A stretch of DNA of 32,390 nucleotides from Dimorphilus gyrociliatus (GCA_904063045.1 CAJFCJ010000094.1:1-32390), one strand, 5' to 3'. Counted from the first letter of the stretch, positions 10,660 through 21,889 are shown. A program made the numbers and translations. The notes: generated from the sequence alone by a model not told the origin.

Positions 10660-11220
10660 TAAAACTAAATGAATGAAGAAAATTTAAGCCCCGTGATTTC
10701 TGAAAAAGCCATCCCAAGTATCCTTAAAGAATGGGGAGCAAGGCATTTAGATATCCCAAAAGTGTGCCCTCTGTCAACAAGAGCAAATGCACAATATGAG
10801 ATGTTTTAGGGGGATTTGTCCAGAACCAAATTGAATGTCAGAAAGTTACATTCACAGATGAATCTAGATTTTCATTAAATGGCCCACATCATTTGACAAT
10901 GGTCTAAATGACTGACCAAGGCTTTCTAGGGAAAAACCTCTGGTTGGTAGAGGAGGAGTGATGGGATGGGGGTGTAAATCCTCAGATGGTGAAGTCTTTG
11001 ATTGGCCTCCATATTCTTCAGATCTCAAGAACATAGAAATTTTATGGGGTTATATGAACCAAAAGGTGTACAAAATTCAAAAACCAAAATATAGGACAAG
11101 ATATAGGAGGAGGTAGAAAAAATCAAAAACAATGATAAAGATTTTGTGAAACATTTATATAGAGGAATGGTGAAGTGAGTTTTGCTGGTGTATAATAAAC
11201 AAAGGCAACAGGATTGATAA
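10660..11220 (+). mobile_element. Old Tc1-like transposase relic with internal deletion
   Basis: KVTFTDESRFSLNGP (first catalytic D, 10842-10886), RGGVMGWG, a frameshifted DLKNIE-LWGYMNQKV and a C-terminal helix remnant. The segment with the second D is missing, and there are stops. Confidence 0.75.
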
Positions 11221-11494
11221 GTAGCTCTTAAACCAAGGGAAAGAGCAAAAATTAAAAAAAAGATAAAGACAAACTAACCAATTAAGCCTATATGAATATT
11301 TTTGGCCATATTTTTGGATTCTTTTAAGAAAAAAAAATCATTTAAAAAAACAATTTCTTTTTTTTAATATATGGATATTTGTGTATACTACATGTCAGGT
11401 TTGAAAATAGATAAAAAGCATAAAAAAGCTATTATTTAAACTTAAGTTGTAAAAAAAGGACAATAAATATTACTTTATATCATTTTATATCAGT

Positions 11495-11870
11495 TTATAG
11501 TGCATTAATAATAATAAAATTGATCCTCTGATATCCAATCTTCTTCTTTGACATAAGCTTTTCATAGATAATAACTACATCTGCTTCTCTTTTCAGTTCA
11601 TCAACCAGCCAATAGAATGATCTTTCAGATTGTACTTTACTATTCATTCTATTGTGCCATCCCTCCACACTGTTATTAGTTCTTATGGACAATCCATATA
11701 TGGACCAATTCTCTGGTTTCCAGATGGAGTTGATAATCCAAGTAGACTCAAAATATTCCCACAAATCTGCAAATTTTTCTTTTTCTGTCAGGTGAGATAT
11801 TAATCTATAAAATGTTGGAGCAATGATATTAGCAGGCAGAAAAGGTCAGACCATCAGCTTTCTCATGTCT
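11495..11870 (-). mobile_element. MULE transposase relic (C-terminal catalytic half)
   Basis: RKLMV*PFLPANIIAPTF..LWEYFESTWI..WKPENWSIYGLSIRTNNSVEGWHNRMN..FYWLVDELKREA. RTNNxxEGWH is the MULE catalytic-E motif. Confidence 0.85.
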
Positions 11871-12086
11871 CTCCAGTCCTCTCCTTTCTCCATATACTTT
11901 CCAGAGTAGCCAAGAGACTAGGTGTTCTATATATGGTGGGCTTACATTCTCTAAATTTATTACATGTTTGGTAAAAGCAACTTCCACCTGGTCTCAGCCG
12001 CATGATTATTTTGAAAGGACTTGATGGAGCTCTGAATCAGTTAGATACATAATGGTGGAGAATGTGCCAGGATGAGTATGTCAGGA

Positions 12087-12108
12087 AGAGAGAGAGAGAG
12101 AGAGAGAG
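12087..12108. repeat. (AG)11 microsatellite
   Basis: Read directly. Confidence 0.95.
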
Positions 12109-13000
12109 ATTTGCAATTCTTTCACAAAAACTATAATTTTATTGGGGAAAAAGAGTAATGTGATAATGAGGATTAATTAGAATTAACTAGATAATCCTAG
12201 TTAATCCTATTATAGAAATTATAGAACTTTAGAAAGGTGTCAAACTTGTTACATCTTATTCAAAAACAGATGTGGAAGAGGCAGGCTTGTTTTTGGAGTG
12301 CCACATGTTACCCATAAGTGATGCAATAGTTTTTCATGTTTTTGTTTTATGTGCATTGTGAGACTGTTACATTTCAACTTATATTGTTACAAGCTTAAGT
12401 ATTATAATTCAAATAAACAATTTAAATTAAACATTTTGTTCAAAGGTTCCAGTACAAAATATTCACAATTTTCAAATACTTCAATTTCCAATTTAATCTC
12501 TTGTTTTAGAATACAAAAAAAATTTTTTTTCTGCTTAAATCATTACAATACTCAATTTATCAACCAATAAGACAAAAAACAATATAATCTTGGCTGGTAT
12601 TCAACTCCCTGTCCAACTGCAAAAGTATCTCATTATGAATATTTATAAAGTGCAATTTAATATCAACTAGCAAAAATTGGCCACTAAACAAAGCATAAAG
12701 TCACAGAGTACAAGACTATAAACAGTTTCTGCCCACACTCAGATTATTGTAAATTATTGATTGGCTATTAAAAAAACTGGGTCATTGTCCTGTCAAACAA
12801 AAAAATGTTATGAGAAAAAAAAATAGTCCCAGTTTAAGCACATAATTTCTATAAACAAAAAAAATTATTCTTTAGTATTAGATTATTTAAATATTTTCTA
12901 TAGATTGTTGATAATATAATAAACAATTTAAATCAATTCAAAAAAAGTGAAATCATAACACTTCAATTTCAATTCTTACCAAGCAAAAAGAAACAAATAA

Positions 13001-13273
13001 ATGGAAATTATTGATTGTTCCATTGGAGATTGTTGGGCATATAGAACTGAAACTTCTGATAAGATAGAATATATCAGAGGGTGTTCAAATGAAACTTGCA
13101 CTTCAGAAGCAACAAATGAAATTTGCAAAACTGCAAATGGAAAGACAGAATGTGAAAAGTGTTGTAAAGGTGACAAATGCAATACTTGGGAATTAGATGG
13201 AAAAGCAGGAGTTGAAAAGACTAATTTTTCATTTCAATTTATTGTCATGATGAAGCTTTTACTACAAAACTAA
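13001..13273 (+). CDS. Ly6/uPAR (three-finger, quiver/sleepless-like) domain exon; upstream exon(s) not located
   Basis: Cys pattern DC..GDC..Y..RGC...C.....C.....C..CCKGDKCN, followed by a spacer and a weakly hydrophobic tail as in GPI-anchored LU proteins. I found no signal-peptide or CYxC exon. Confidence 0.72.
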   Translation: MEIIDCSIGDCWAYRTETSDKIEYIRGCSNETCTSEATNEICKTANGKTECEKCCKGDKCNTWELDGKAGVEKTNFSFQFIVMMKLLLQN

Positions 13274-13729
13274 CTGCTATTAATTTGCTTCTGGTGACTA
13301 TTCAAAAAGTTCTCATGATGAAATATATTTACCAGATGTTATTGCAGTGAGAGGTTTTTAACATTTAGAGTACTTCAAGTAGGATTTTACCTTATAAGTT
13401 TTGCATCAGCTTTTAGAAACAGTTTAGTTTCTGGAATCAGATTTTTTAGTAGTTTAAAAGGTTGAACCTTTGACAGCCATATTAAGTTTTCTAACACCTA
13501 TTTTACAATAAATAAGATTTAGTCAAGGATTAAATGCTAGTGAACTTATTTTACTTAAAGAACTATCCAAGTATTTATTATTCAGATTACAATTATGTAA
13601 CCTATCTATATTTACTCAACTCAAATGATAGTTTACCAATTTATTTCAATTCCTTCAAATGATAATACTTGTTCTCAAAATGAAATTGTAAGATAATGAT
13701 AATCTACAAATAAAATTTTTTGGATGTAT

Positions 13730-14401
13730 AGCTTTTGACGAAAGTGATGGTAAAATTGCTTTTTTTCATTTTTAAGTTCAGAAGAGAAAAGTGCTTATAA
13801 ACTACTTTTAGAGATAAGTTGTGTTTTAAGAAATGTAAATCAACGATAATTTGTGCTTTTAGGGTCCAAATGAGCCAACTGGCAACATCTGTATGCATAA
13901 AATTATTTTGGACCATTACAAGGCTATTTGGAAAGGTTTCTGATATACTGTTAATGGTTAGTTGCTCTTTTGACTGGTCACAAGCAATAGTCCCAAAAAT
14001 TCAAATTAGTAACTATATTAAAAAGCATAACATCTATATATTGTAATAATGTAATTGAGTATATTGAAGACAACTGGATTAAAGGTAGCTTTTGGCCTCC
14101 AGAGACTTGTTCTGTCATCAACAAAATAATCAAAACTAACAGTGATTTGGAGGGTTTTCATCAATGATTAAATAAAGATAGAGATTTAAACTTGTCATTT
14201 TATTTGGTTGTTGATGAACTGAAAAGAGAAACTGACTTAATTTTTTATGGGAAATTGTTTAATGAGAAAAAAATAGCAAGATTTAAAAAAAGCCAAATTC
14301 AAGAATTCAAAAAAAAAAATCCTAGCAATTTGGGATAAGTTCAAAGCTGTTGAAATAACAGCAAGTCAACATCTTGAAATGTCTTCTGCAGTTTATTATT
14401 A
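13730..14401 (+). mobile_element. Deleted, degenerate MULE transposase copy in tandem with the next copy
   Basis: KIILDHYKAIWK, CSFDWSQAI, EYIEDNWIKGSFWPPET, KTNSDLEGFH, FYLVVDELKRETDL and ITASQHLEMSSAVYY*. It is collinear at DNA level with 14780-15494. A further small MULE-like scrap lies near 13295-13370. Confidence 0.85.
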
Positions 14402-14526
14402 GTCTTTTTACTGCTGTTTTCTATAGCAGAATTAAAGTATATATATTGTGTATACAATACTGTTGAATAATGAAAATAATCAATATGACATTCATTCCTT
14501 CTGAATTTCTAAATTAAAATATAAAT

Positions 14527-15494
14527 ATGAATAATGAGAAGATCATTATCTTTGCAACAAATTATCAATTGGAGTTATTGTCAAAGGGAAAAATTTGGTA
14601 CCTTGATGATACTTTTGAAATTGCCAAGGATCCATTTCTCCAAATGTTCTCAATCCATGGAGAGTTGAAGCAGGTGCCATTGCTTTTTTCATTCTTAACT
14701 TCAAAAAAGAAAACAGCTTTAAATTACTATTCAAGGTAAGTTAAATACTTAAATCAATGATAGTTTGTGCATTTAGGCTGAAAATGAATTAACTGGTCAC
14801 ATCTCTGTTCAAAAAATTCTTTTGAACTATGAGAAGTCCATTTGGAAAGTATTAGAGATACATAGCCAGATGTTACAATGGCTGGTTGTTCTTTTCATTG
14901 GTCACAAGCCATTTTTAGACAATTTCAGGTTAGAAATAATGCTAATAAGTGTCAAAATTTAATCTAAGTTTATTATTCTACTTTTAGGATCTGGGTTACA
15001 GCCCAGAATTTAAAAAGAGAGAAATAGAATGGCAATCAATGAAAATGATTATGGCTTTGCCCTACCTGCCTCATACTTTGATTGCAAATCAATTCTACAA
15101 AATAAAAAGTAAGCTGGCTGAAAGAAATAAGCTTAGAGATTTTTTATTAGAATATGTGGAGGATAATTGGACAAAAAATAACTTTTGGCCTCCAGAAACT
15201 TGGTATGTTTTTAACCAGTCAACCAGAACAAATAATGATCTGGAAGGATTCCATAATTGACTCAATAAAAACATGGGAATAAATTCATTATTTTACACAG
15301 TTATTGATCTAAAGAGAGAGGCTGAGTTAATTTCTGTATATGAAAAATTATTAAGTGAGAAGAAGATATTGAGAATGCAAAAAAAAGTCTACACAAAAAT
15401 TCAAAAAGAACTGTTTTCCATTTGGGAAAACTTCAAAGTTGGTGACATCACAGCAAGTCAACTTGTCGAGATGTGTTCTGCTTTATATTATTAA
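14527..15494 (+). mobile_element. Intron-containing MULE (Phantom-like) transposase pseudogene
   Basis: WYLDDTF (D1), FLQMFSIHG, VPLLF, GTAAG donor near 14736, KILLNYEKSIW (D2 position is N), GCSFHWSQAI, a second intron near 14929-14988, MALPYLP, WPPETW, RTNNDLEGFHN (E). It contains stops and frameshifts. Confidence 0.88.
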
Positions 15495-15726
15495 ATATGT
15501 GCATTAGTAATTCCACAGTATTAAAAAAATAAAAAATGTTCAAGCCATTTGAAAAAATATGTTCTTAAATAAACTTTTTTCTTTGCAATTTCATGGTTTT
15601 CATTTTCTCAGATCATTAGTATTTAATCAATTATGTAAAATATGTTAACTCATTTATACAATATTTTCTTATTTTTCTGAAATCATTTCATCTTCTCTCT
15701 TCTTATTTAATTATTTTTATAATACT

Positions 15727-15885
15727 ATGTGGACATTTACTGTTCATTTGTGGACTTTTCTGTTCCTTTGTTGACATTTTCTGTCCATCTGTGGATGTTT
15801 TCTGTCCATCTGTGAACATTTTCTGTCAATTGTGGACATTTTCTGTTGTGGACATTTCCTGTTGTTGACATTTTCTGTCAGCCTC
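15727..15885 (-). repeat. Foldback-like terminal array: about 8 tandem 16-21-bp copies of the TIR motif; probable right end of the MULE element
   Basis: On the minus strand it starts GAGGCTGACAGAAAATGTC and repeats GACAGAAAAYRTCCACARAT-like units. This matches the TIR of the MITE at 2685. It lies about 230 bp downstream of the transposase stop and abuts the LRR frame. Confidence 0.8.
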
Positions 15886-16390
15886 ATTCTTTTCAATTCT
15901 AGATATATTTTTTCAAACATGGAACAATATCTTCCTAAATTTCCGAACTCTCTACTTTTAACTTCATTTAGATCACACCTATGTAAATGAAGATTTTTTA
16001 GAGTGTTTGATGACATTTGAAGTCTTTCCCAAATATTTAAAAATCCAGTTCCCATACTTCTATTCCCTGCTAGATTGATTGTTTCCAGTGCAGAACAATG
16101 TTTCAGCAAACTTCCAAACCCTACACTTTGTTCTTCATTTAATTCACACTGATGTAAATGAGGATTTTTCAGAGTGTTTGATTACATTTGAATTCCTTCA
16201 CAAATATTTAAAAATCCAATTCCAATTTTACTATTCCTTGCTAGATTGAGTGTTTCCAGTGTGGAAAAAATGACAGTTATTTAAATGAAGATTCTTCAAG
16301 GTGTTTGATGACATTTTAAGTGCATTACAAATTTTTCAAAATTGATTTTCCCTTTTTTTCTTCAAAGATTTTGAACATTTAGTTTGTTCT
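15886..16390 (-). pseudogene. RI-like LRR fragment with 57-aa (171-bp) repeat units
   Basis: LETLNLARNSKIGIGFLNICEGIQM*SNTLKNPHLHQCELNEEQSVGFGSLLKHCSA followed by LETINLAGNRSMGTGFLNIWERLQMSSNTLKNLHLHRCDL. There is an in-frame TAA at 16184-16182 and the frame is cut at 15886 by the TIR array. Confidence 0.85.
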
Positions 16391-16700
16391 TCATATGTGA
16401 TAGAGGACTTGGCAGCCACTTTGAAAATAGGACTTTTTTACTTTTGTTTTCTACAATAGTAGCTCCATCTTGTATTTTTCAGTTGTTGAGTTTCTAACTT
16501 TTTTCAAACAAATGAATATTAATTTACGATATATTATATTGTTATAGTTAAAAGTTATTAAATTTTTTATATTTTGTAAATAGCGAATGTTTCTAATAGG
16601 TATTACTAAAACATGGACTGCACTGTTTTATATAAAGAATATTAAATATTACTTATATCAGTAATCATGTTATATTATATTGTTGTGTATATCCCAAATT

Positions 16701-16754
16701 GGATGTGACAGAAAACGTCCACAAATCAGTGCTTTTACCCTAACCCTAACCCAG
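16701..16754 (-). mobile_element. Solo end of a type A MITE in reverse orientation
   Basis: GGATGTGACAGAAAACGTCCACAAAT followed by TTTTACCCTAACCCTAACCCAG, the reverse complement of the right end of the 2685-2891 element. Confidence 0.85.
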
Positions 16755-17687
16755 AATTTGATATGGGTAGCAGTCAACATTTCAGCTCAATTGATGCAAT
16801 TTGCAATGATTCTGTTCCAGAGTCTAAAATAGTAATTATAGCAATTAGCCTCCAATATCACAAGTTCAAACTCTCAAACAGAGTGAAAAGAATCTGGACT
16901 GAAGCAATGCTACTTCTCACCTTCTATAAAAACTCGAAATATTTTGGATACGTTAACCCTTTTTCAAGTGAGTAGATAGGCGGCCACCAGACTGATTTCT
17001 GAAAAGATAACTGTACCTTAGGTTGGGTAATTGTTCGATCTCACACAATTTTGCTACAGATCACCTTCATACTATCCACAATGGTCTGTCAAACACTAAA
17101 AATACTGAAAATTTATACCTGCTCCGATTTACTTGAAATTTTGTCCAGGGCTAGAATGTAAAAAATTTGAGCAAAATTCATAAGTGTCGAGTGGGTGGCA
17201 TTAAAAAATTTTACAACTATTTGTGGCAAAGACATATCCAAGAAAAAATATAATATAGTTTTTTAAATAAATAATAAAAACTGAATGAAATATGAATTTT
17301 TGAATTGTAATTTCATTTAAATTACATTGGAAATTGAACAGCTGTTTTTCCAATAAAACAATCAAAACAAAATGTTTTTTAAAGGGAAATCAAAAAACCT
17401 TGAAAAATGTATTACAAAAGCAATAACATTTTTCTTTTATGGAAATTGTAACATTAATCATTGTTTTTATTTGTTCAATATAAAATAGGGCCTTATTGTG
17501 AATTCTGAATAAAAACTGAGCAATTGTTTAAGTGAATACAAAAATAAAAAATTTCATTCCCAAAAAATATGGATTATGATCTTTTAAGAGAAAATTTTTC
17601 TTATAAAAAGGCTGGATTTTCTAATTGAGACTTCACAGGTGAAATTTTTAAAGTTTCAGTTTGTTAAAAACTGAAAGAAAGAAAATT

Positions 17688-20644
17688 ATGACAAAGTTTA
17701 TCTGTTTAGTTGTGTTGTATCTGGCTTTCTTCCAGAATTCTGGTATGTAGAAATTTGTGTTTTTTTTTTCATGTATAGAGTATATGTATATATATACAGT
17801 ACAGATCACCTAAAAGAAGCACTACTGTATTGTTTTATAAAAGTAAAATTTTTTTTGACTCTGATATTAGTAGGATATTTTTGTTGGATTCCAGGTGGAC
17901 ATAACTTATCTATGTTCAATTACCAATTATAAAAATTCTTACTATTACACTTTAAAGCAGAAAATTAGTAAGTTTTTGTAAATGGCCTCTAAATAGGCCG
18001 CTCAACTAAAAGAAGCACATTTCGAATTCTGTGGGAAAAATAAAATATTCTATTGTTTCATCCCACAGTTTAGGATGTTAGGGCTAGATAGAGTCATTTA
18101 CATGCAAAATGCCAACTATCGATATAGCAATAAGAAAGCTGGTCATTGAAAAAATGACACAAAAAATATCACAAGTTGAAATAGCAAAAACCTTGAATAT
18201 TTCAAGAGGAGCTGTTCAAAAAATTTGGAAAAAATATCATAAGTTTGGCACTGTCACTAATTTATCAAAATTATCAACGCCAAGAAAGTTATCAGAAAAA
18301 GAAGAGCGGATTTTATGCAATATATCAAGGAAAGATCCTTTCTTGACCGCGAGGAATGTCCTTCAGGAGTCAGGATTTATGGGAAGAGTGTCGATATCGA
18401 CTTGCAAAAGAATTTTACAAAGAAATGGATTACGAGGCTATGTTGCAAGCGGGAAGCCAGGTCTTAAGGCAAGCCATGCAAAAAACCGGAAGCGTTTCTG
18501 TCAGCGTATGCTGGAGGAGGATGACGAAAAAATTAACAATATAATTTTTTCGGATGAAAGCAGAATCGAACTTTACCCCAAAAGACGAATATTTGTGAGA
18601 AGACCAACATATAAGCGATTTTGTCCCCAATACACTAAAAAATCTATAAGAATCAAGAATGGGGCAATTTCAATATGGGGCTGCATCAAGTCGAATGGTG
18701 ACCGAGCCATCAGCTTATATGATGGCTATCTGAATAGCACCAAGTATCAGCAAATTATAGAAAATAATTTGTGTACTCTATACGAAACAGACAATACACT
18801 AATGCAAGATGGAGCAAAGTGCCATACCTCGGCCTCAACATCAGCATTTTTAAGGAAAGAAAAAATAAAAGTACTAAAAGATTGGCCAGCCAACAGCCCT
18901 GAGCTCAATATTATCGAAAATTTGTGGGCTTTTTTGAAAAATAGAGTGCAAAAACATACCTTGAAAAACAAAAATGACCTATGGAGAGCCGTAGAGGATG
19001 AATTTCACAAAATACCTAATTGGTACATAGAAAACTTATACAAAAGCTTTAAAAAAAGACTTCGTCTGTGTGTAAGAAATAAGGGGTATAATATCAAATA
19101 TTAGAAATGTAGAAATATGTTATTTTATAAGCTATGAAAGATAAGTTGCCGAAATGTAAAAATAAAACCTTTTTGTATCTATAATAGAAAATTTTTCTCC
19201 AATATTTATCACCTGCTTCTTTTAGTTGAGCGGCCTATTTAGAGGCCATTTACAAAAACTTACTAATTTTCTGCTTTAAAGTGTAATAGTAAGAATTCTT
19301 ATAATTGGTAATTGAACATAGATAAGTTATGTCCACCTGGAATCCAACAAAAATATCCTACTAATATCAGAGTCAAAAAAAATTTTACTTTTATAAAACA
19401 ATACAGTTGTGCTTCTTTTAGGTGATCCGTACTGTATATATATCTAATTAATTATTGTTTTCCAGGAACAGGCAAAGTAGAAGGTAAAAAATATTTCTCA
19501 AAAGTATTTCTTGTATAAAATTTCCAATTTTTCAAATGTTTACTTTCAGCTGACAAAAGATTTGTGGAATATACGCTTACCTGCTTCTCAGGCAGTAAAA
19601 TGTATTATGTAAAAGATTATACTGACTGTAGAGCTACTTGCTGGGCATCGTCTCAATGTAAAGGATTCACTGCAAAGATGGGCCGTGTATGCTATATATT
19701 CTCAAGCATAACACAAGGTCAGCATTGTACAAGTGGCTCCAGCATGGTTCTAATGTAAATTCTATTCTCTTACCTAACTCAGCCAAAGTGAAACGATTTG
19801 TCCAAAGTTATCTGGCAAGATGGAGTGGAAAGTTTACTACTAAATATTTAGATTACAAACCTTGCAGATTATATTGTTGGGAGTCAGACACTTGTAAAGG
19901 ATATTCTTTTACACCTTCAAAAAGATGCTACATTTACACCGACATAACTGGAAGTTCATTTTCCACTTATTCAGTTTCTTTCTTCCTAGTGTAAGAATTT
20001 GTTTACTTTTCACTTTTGCTATATTTTTCTAACAAATTCTAAAATTTTCATTCTATTTACAAAAACAGGGACAGCAACACCATAACTATAGGTTTGATTC
20101 ATGAAAAATATTAGGGTTAATACTCACATTTTTTTGTTTTTGTTTTTAGGTGAAAAATTCACCCTATACAGGAGATCATTGTTAACTTTTAATTAATCAA
20201 TCTATTTGACCAAATAGAACCAGCACAGAATGGGGTAAAGTTTTTGTTTTCTCTATGCTTGACCATAGTGATGTTGTTTTTGATTTGTCTTCTTTATAGG
20301 TGAAAAATTTTGGGCATATGACTTTACCCAAGCAGCTGGAAGTAATATTTTAATTCTGGAAGAACATGGATAAGAATACCACTGAGAGAATGTCACTATG
20401 AATGTAATCGAGTAGCAAACTGTATTGGATTTAACTATAGCAATAGTGGATATTGTTATCTCTTTTCAAGAATTACTGGCACAAGTGCAACTATGTCATA
20501 TACATATTACAAGAGAAAGTAAGTTTTTCTATGCAAATATGTAAAAAATTTCATCATCTAAATGTAAATGTCTGGAAATTTAAGATCATCATCAATAAAT
20601 ACTACAGCAGCACCAACAACTACTACTGCTGCTTCAAGTAATAG
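17688..20644 (+). CDS. Secreted protein with three PAN/apple-like Cys modules and a Thr-rich linker; possibly pseudogenised
   Basis: Exon 17688-17742 encodes the signal peptide MTKFICLVVLYLAFFQNS, then micro-exon 19466-19483. Module exons start at 19550 (CRATCWASSQCKGF..VCYIF), 19783 (CRLYCWESDTCKGY..RCYIY) and 20300 (CHYECNRVANCIGF..YCYLF). Micro-exon 20069-20091, and an exon near 20586-20644 encodes SSSINTTAAPTTTTAASS. The third module has a 1-nt frameshift and the module 1-2 splice is uncertain. Confidence 0.7.
17797..19434 (+). mobile_element. Full-length 1638-bp Tc1-like DNA transposon
   Basis: 221-bp TIRs at 17797-18017 and 19214-19434, starting CAGT, with about 3 mismatches by eye. 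TA on both sides. It encloses a single intact transposase ORF. Confidence 0.97.
18109..19104 (+). CDS. Tc1-family transposase, 331 aa, DD35E triad
   Basis: N-terminal HTH region (EIAKTLNISRGAVQKIWKKY, PRKLS), then FSDES, GAISIWGCI, QDGAKCH and WPANSPELNIIENLW. I count 35 residues between the second D and the E. Confidence 0.97.
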   Translation: MPTIDIAIRKLVIEKMTQKISQVEIAKTLNISRGAVQKIWKKYHKFGTVTNLSKLSTPRKLSEKEERILCNISRKDPFLTARNVLQESGFMGRVSISTCKRILQRNGLRGYVASGKPGLKASHAKNRKRFCQRMLEEDDEKINNIIFSDESRIELYPKRRIFVRRPTYKRFCPQYTKKSIRIKNGAISIWGCIKSNGDRAISLYDGYLNSTKYQQIIENNLCTLYETDNTLMQDGAKCHTSASTSAFLRKEKIKVLKDWPANSPELNIIENLWAFLKNRVQKHTLKNKNDLWRAVEDEFHKIPNWYIENLYKSFKKRLRLCVRNKGYNIKY

Positions 20645-21889
20645 GTGTACCTGTCTATGCATATAGGAACAAAGTGAACAAAAGGAAATGATTATTATGA
20701 TAGAAAATATTGATAATAATGTATTATGTGGTATTTTGTGATTTAACCAGGTTTTAGGCTTACCTCTCAAATATGGACATGCATCAAATATCTTCAATGC
20801 TCAAATAGCCAGCAGAGTTTTATACAAATCACAAATCTGAATTTTAGAAACATTGTGACAATTTTGCAATTTCCCAAAATATTCTAACAAACATTTAAAG
20901 ACTTTTTAATTCAAGGAATCCAACATGCAATGTTGAATAGGAATTTGTATGAACCTAGTTTATAGGCCTATATTTGCTATAGTATTTTATTTGACAAACT
21001 AAGTTTTGTGTATTCGAATATTCTAGCAATACCAATAGCTGTGACGAAAAGCTTTACAGCTGAAGATATTCAACTTAATATTGAGTGTATAATTGGAAGT
21101 ACTGTTGTAAAATCTAACACTTTCCTACTACAAGAAATATAACACACATAACCTACACTTAGATGATGCTGATGTAGCCACTCATCTTCAAAGTTTAGAT
21201 CAAGGTGTCTATTGTAACATTCAACTTTGCTATGATGATTATTGCAATGTTAAAATTTCATCAGATCATATTTAAACCATATGTTAAAGTAAGTAAAGCT
21301 AAAATATAATTGAGAATAATAAACACATCAGTTTTGCTTTTTAGGTGACTAACAATGACCTTATATATACTGATTAGTGGCAAGAGCCTTTTTTGCTGCA
21401 ATTGGAAGTCAATTTACCACCAAAATATCGCTGTTCACAAGTTAACTGTACTGTTAGGGTTGAAGCTTTTGAAATACAATCATATGCTAATAAATGCAAA
21501 ACTGATTCTGATTACTCCTATACTTGCATTCATTGTGGAAATATGAAATAGATCATATGAAATTATAATTAAAACAAACCTTAACAATAGGGCAGGCATT
21601 ATTTTTGCAGTTGTTATTGGACAGGTTCGGGAGATTTGAATAATTCTTTGAAATCAGTTCATTTGATCAGACATTACTCATTTGAAATACCTGGCAAAAC
21701 CATACCTCCACAAATACTGGCTCTAAAATTGAAGCAATCTCAGTTCCTGTTGGAAGTATCTCTCATCTGGAGAGCAAGAATGAAGTATATAAAATAACAA
21801 CTCAGAATCTAGATAAAAGAAACCTTTATCTTATGTAAATCAACACCTTTTTCACCCTATGTTTACTAATCATAACAATCCAAAACAAC

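Noticed and set aside
15727-15885. Repeat array as a CRISPR array
   Set aside because: The units are directly adjacent with no unique spacers, there are no cas genes, the context is eukaryotic, and the unit equals a transposon TIR.
15744-15885. C-terminal part of the ORF 15744-16109 (RKCPQ/MDRK repeats) as real protein
   Set aside because: It is read-through from the LRR relic into the TIR array.
17130-17190. CCGATTTACTTGAAATTTTG motif as part of another non-autonomous transposon
   Set aside because: No TIRs, TSD or second copy found in the window.
18356-18971. Alternative-frame and antisense ORFs (18356-18544, 18430-18630, 18747-18971)
   Set aside because: They are shadows of the transposase ORF and have no motifs.
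19755-19782. 28-nt intron between PAN modules 1 and 2
   Set aside because: It is far shorter than the other introns and gives the wrong phase. A donor at 19718 fits the frame but is unproven.
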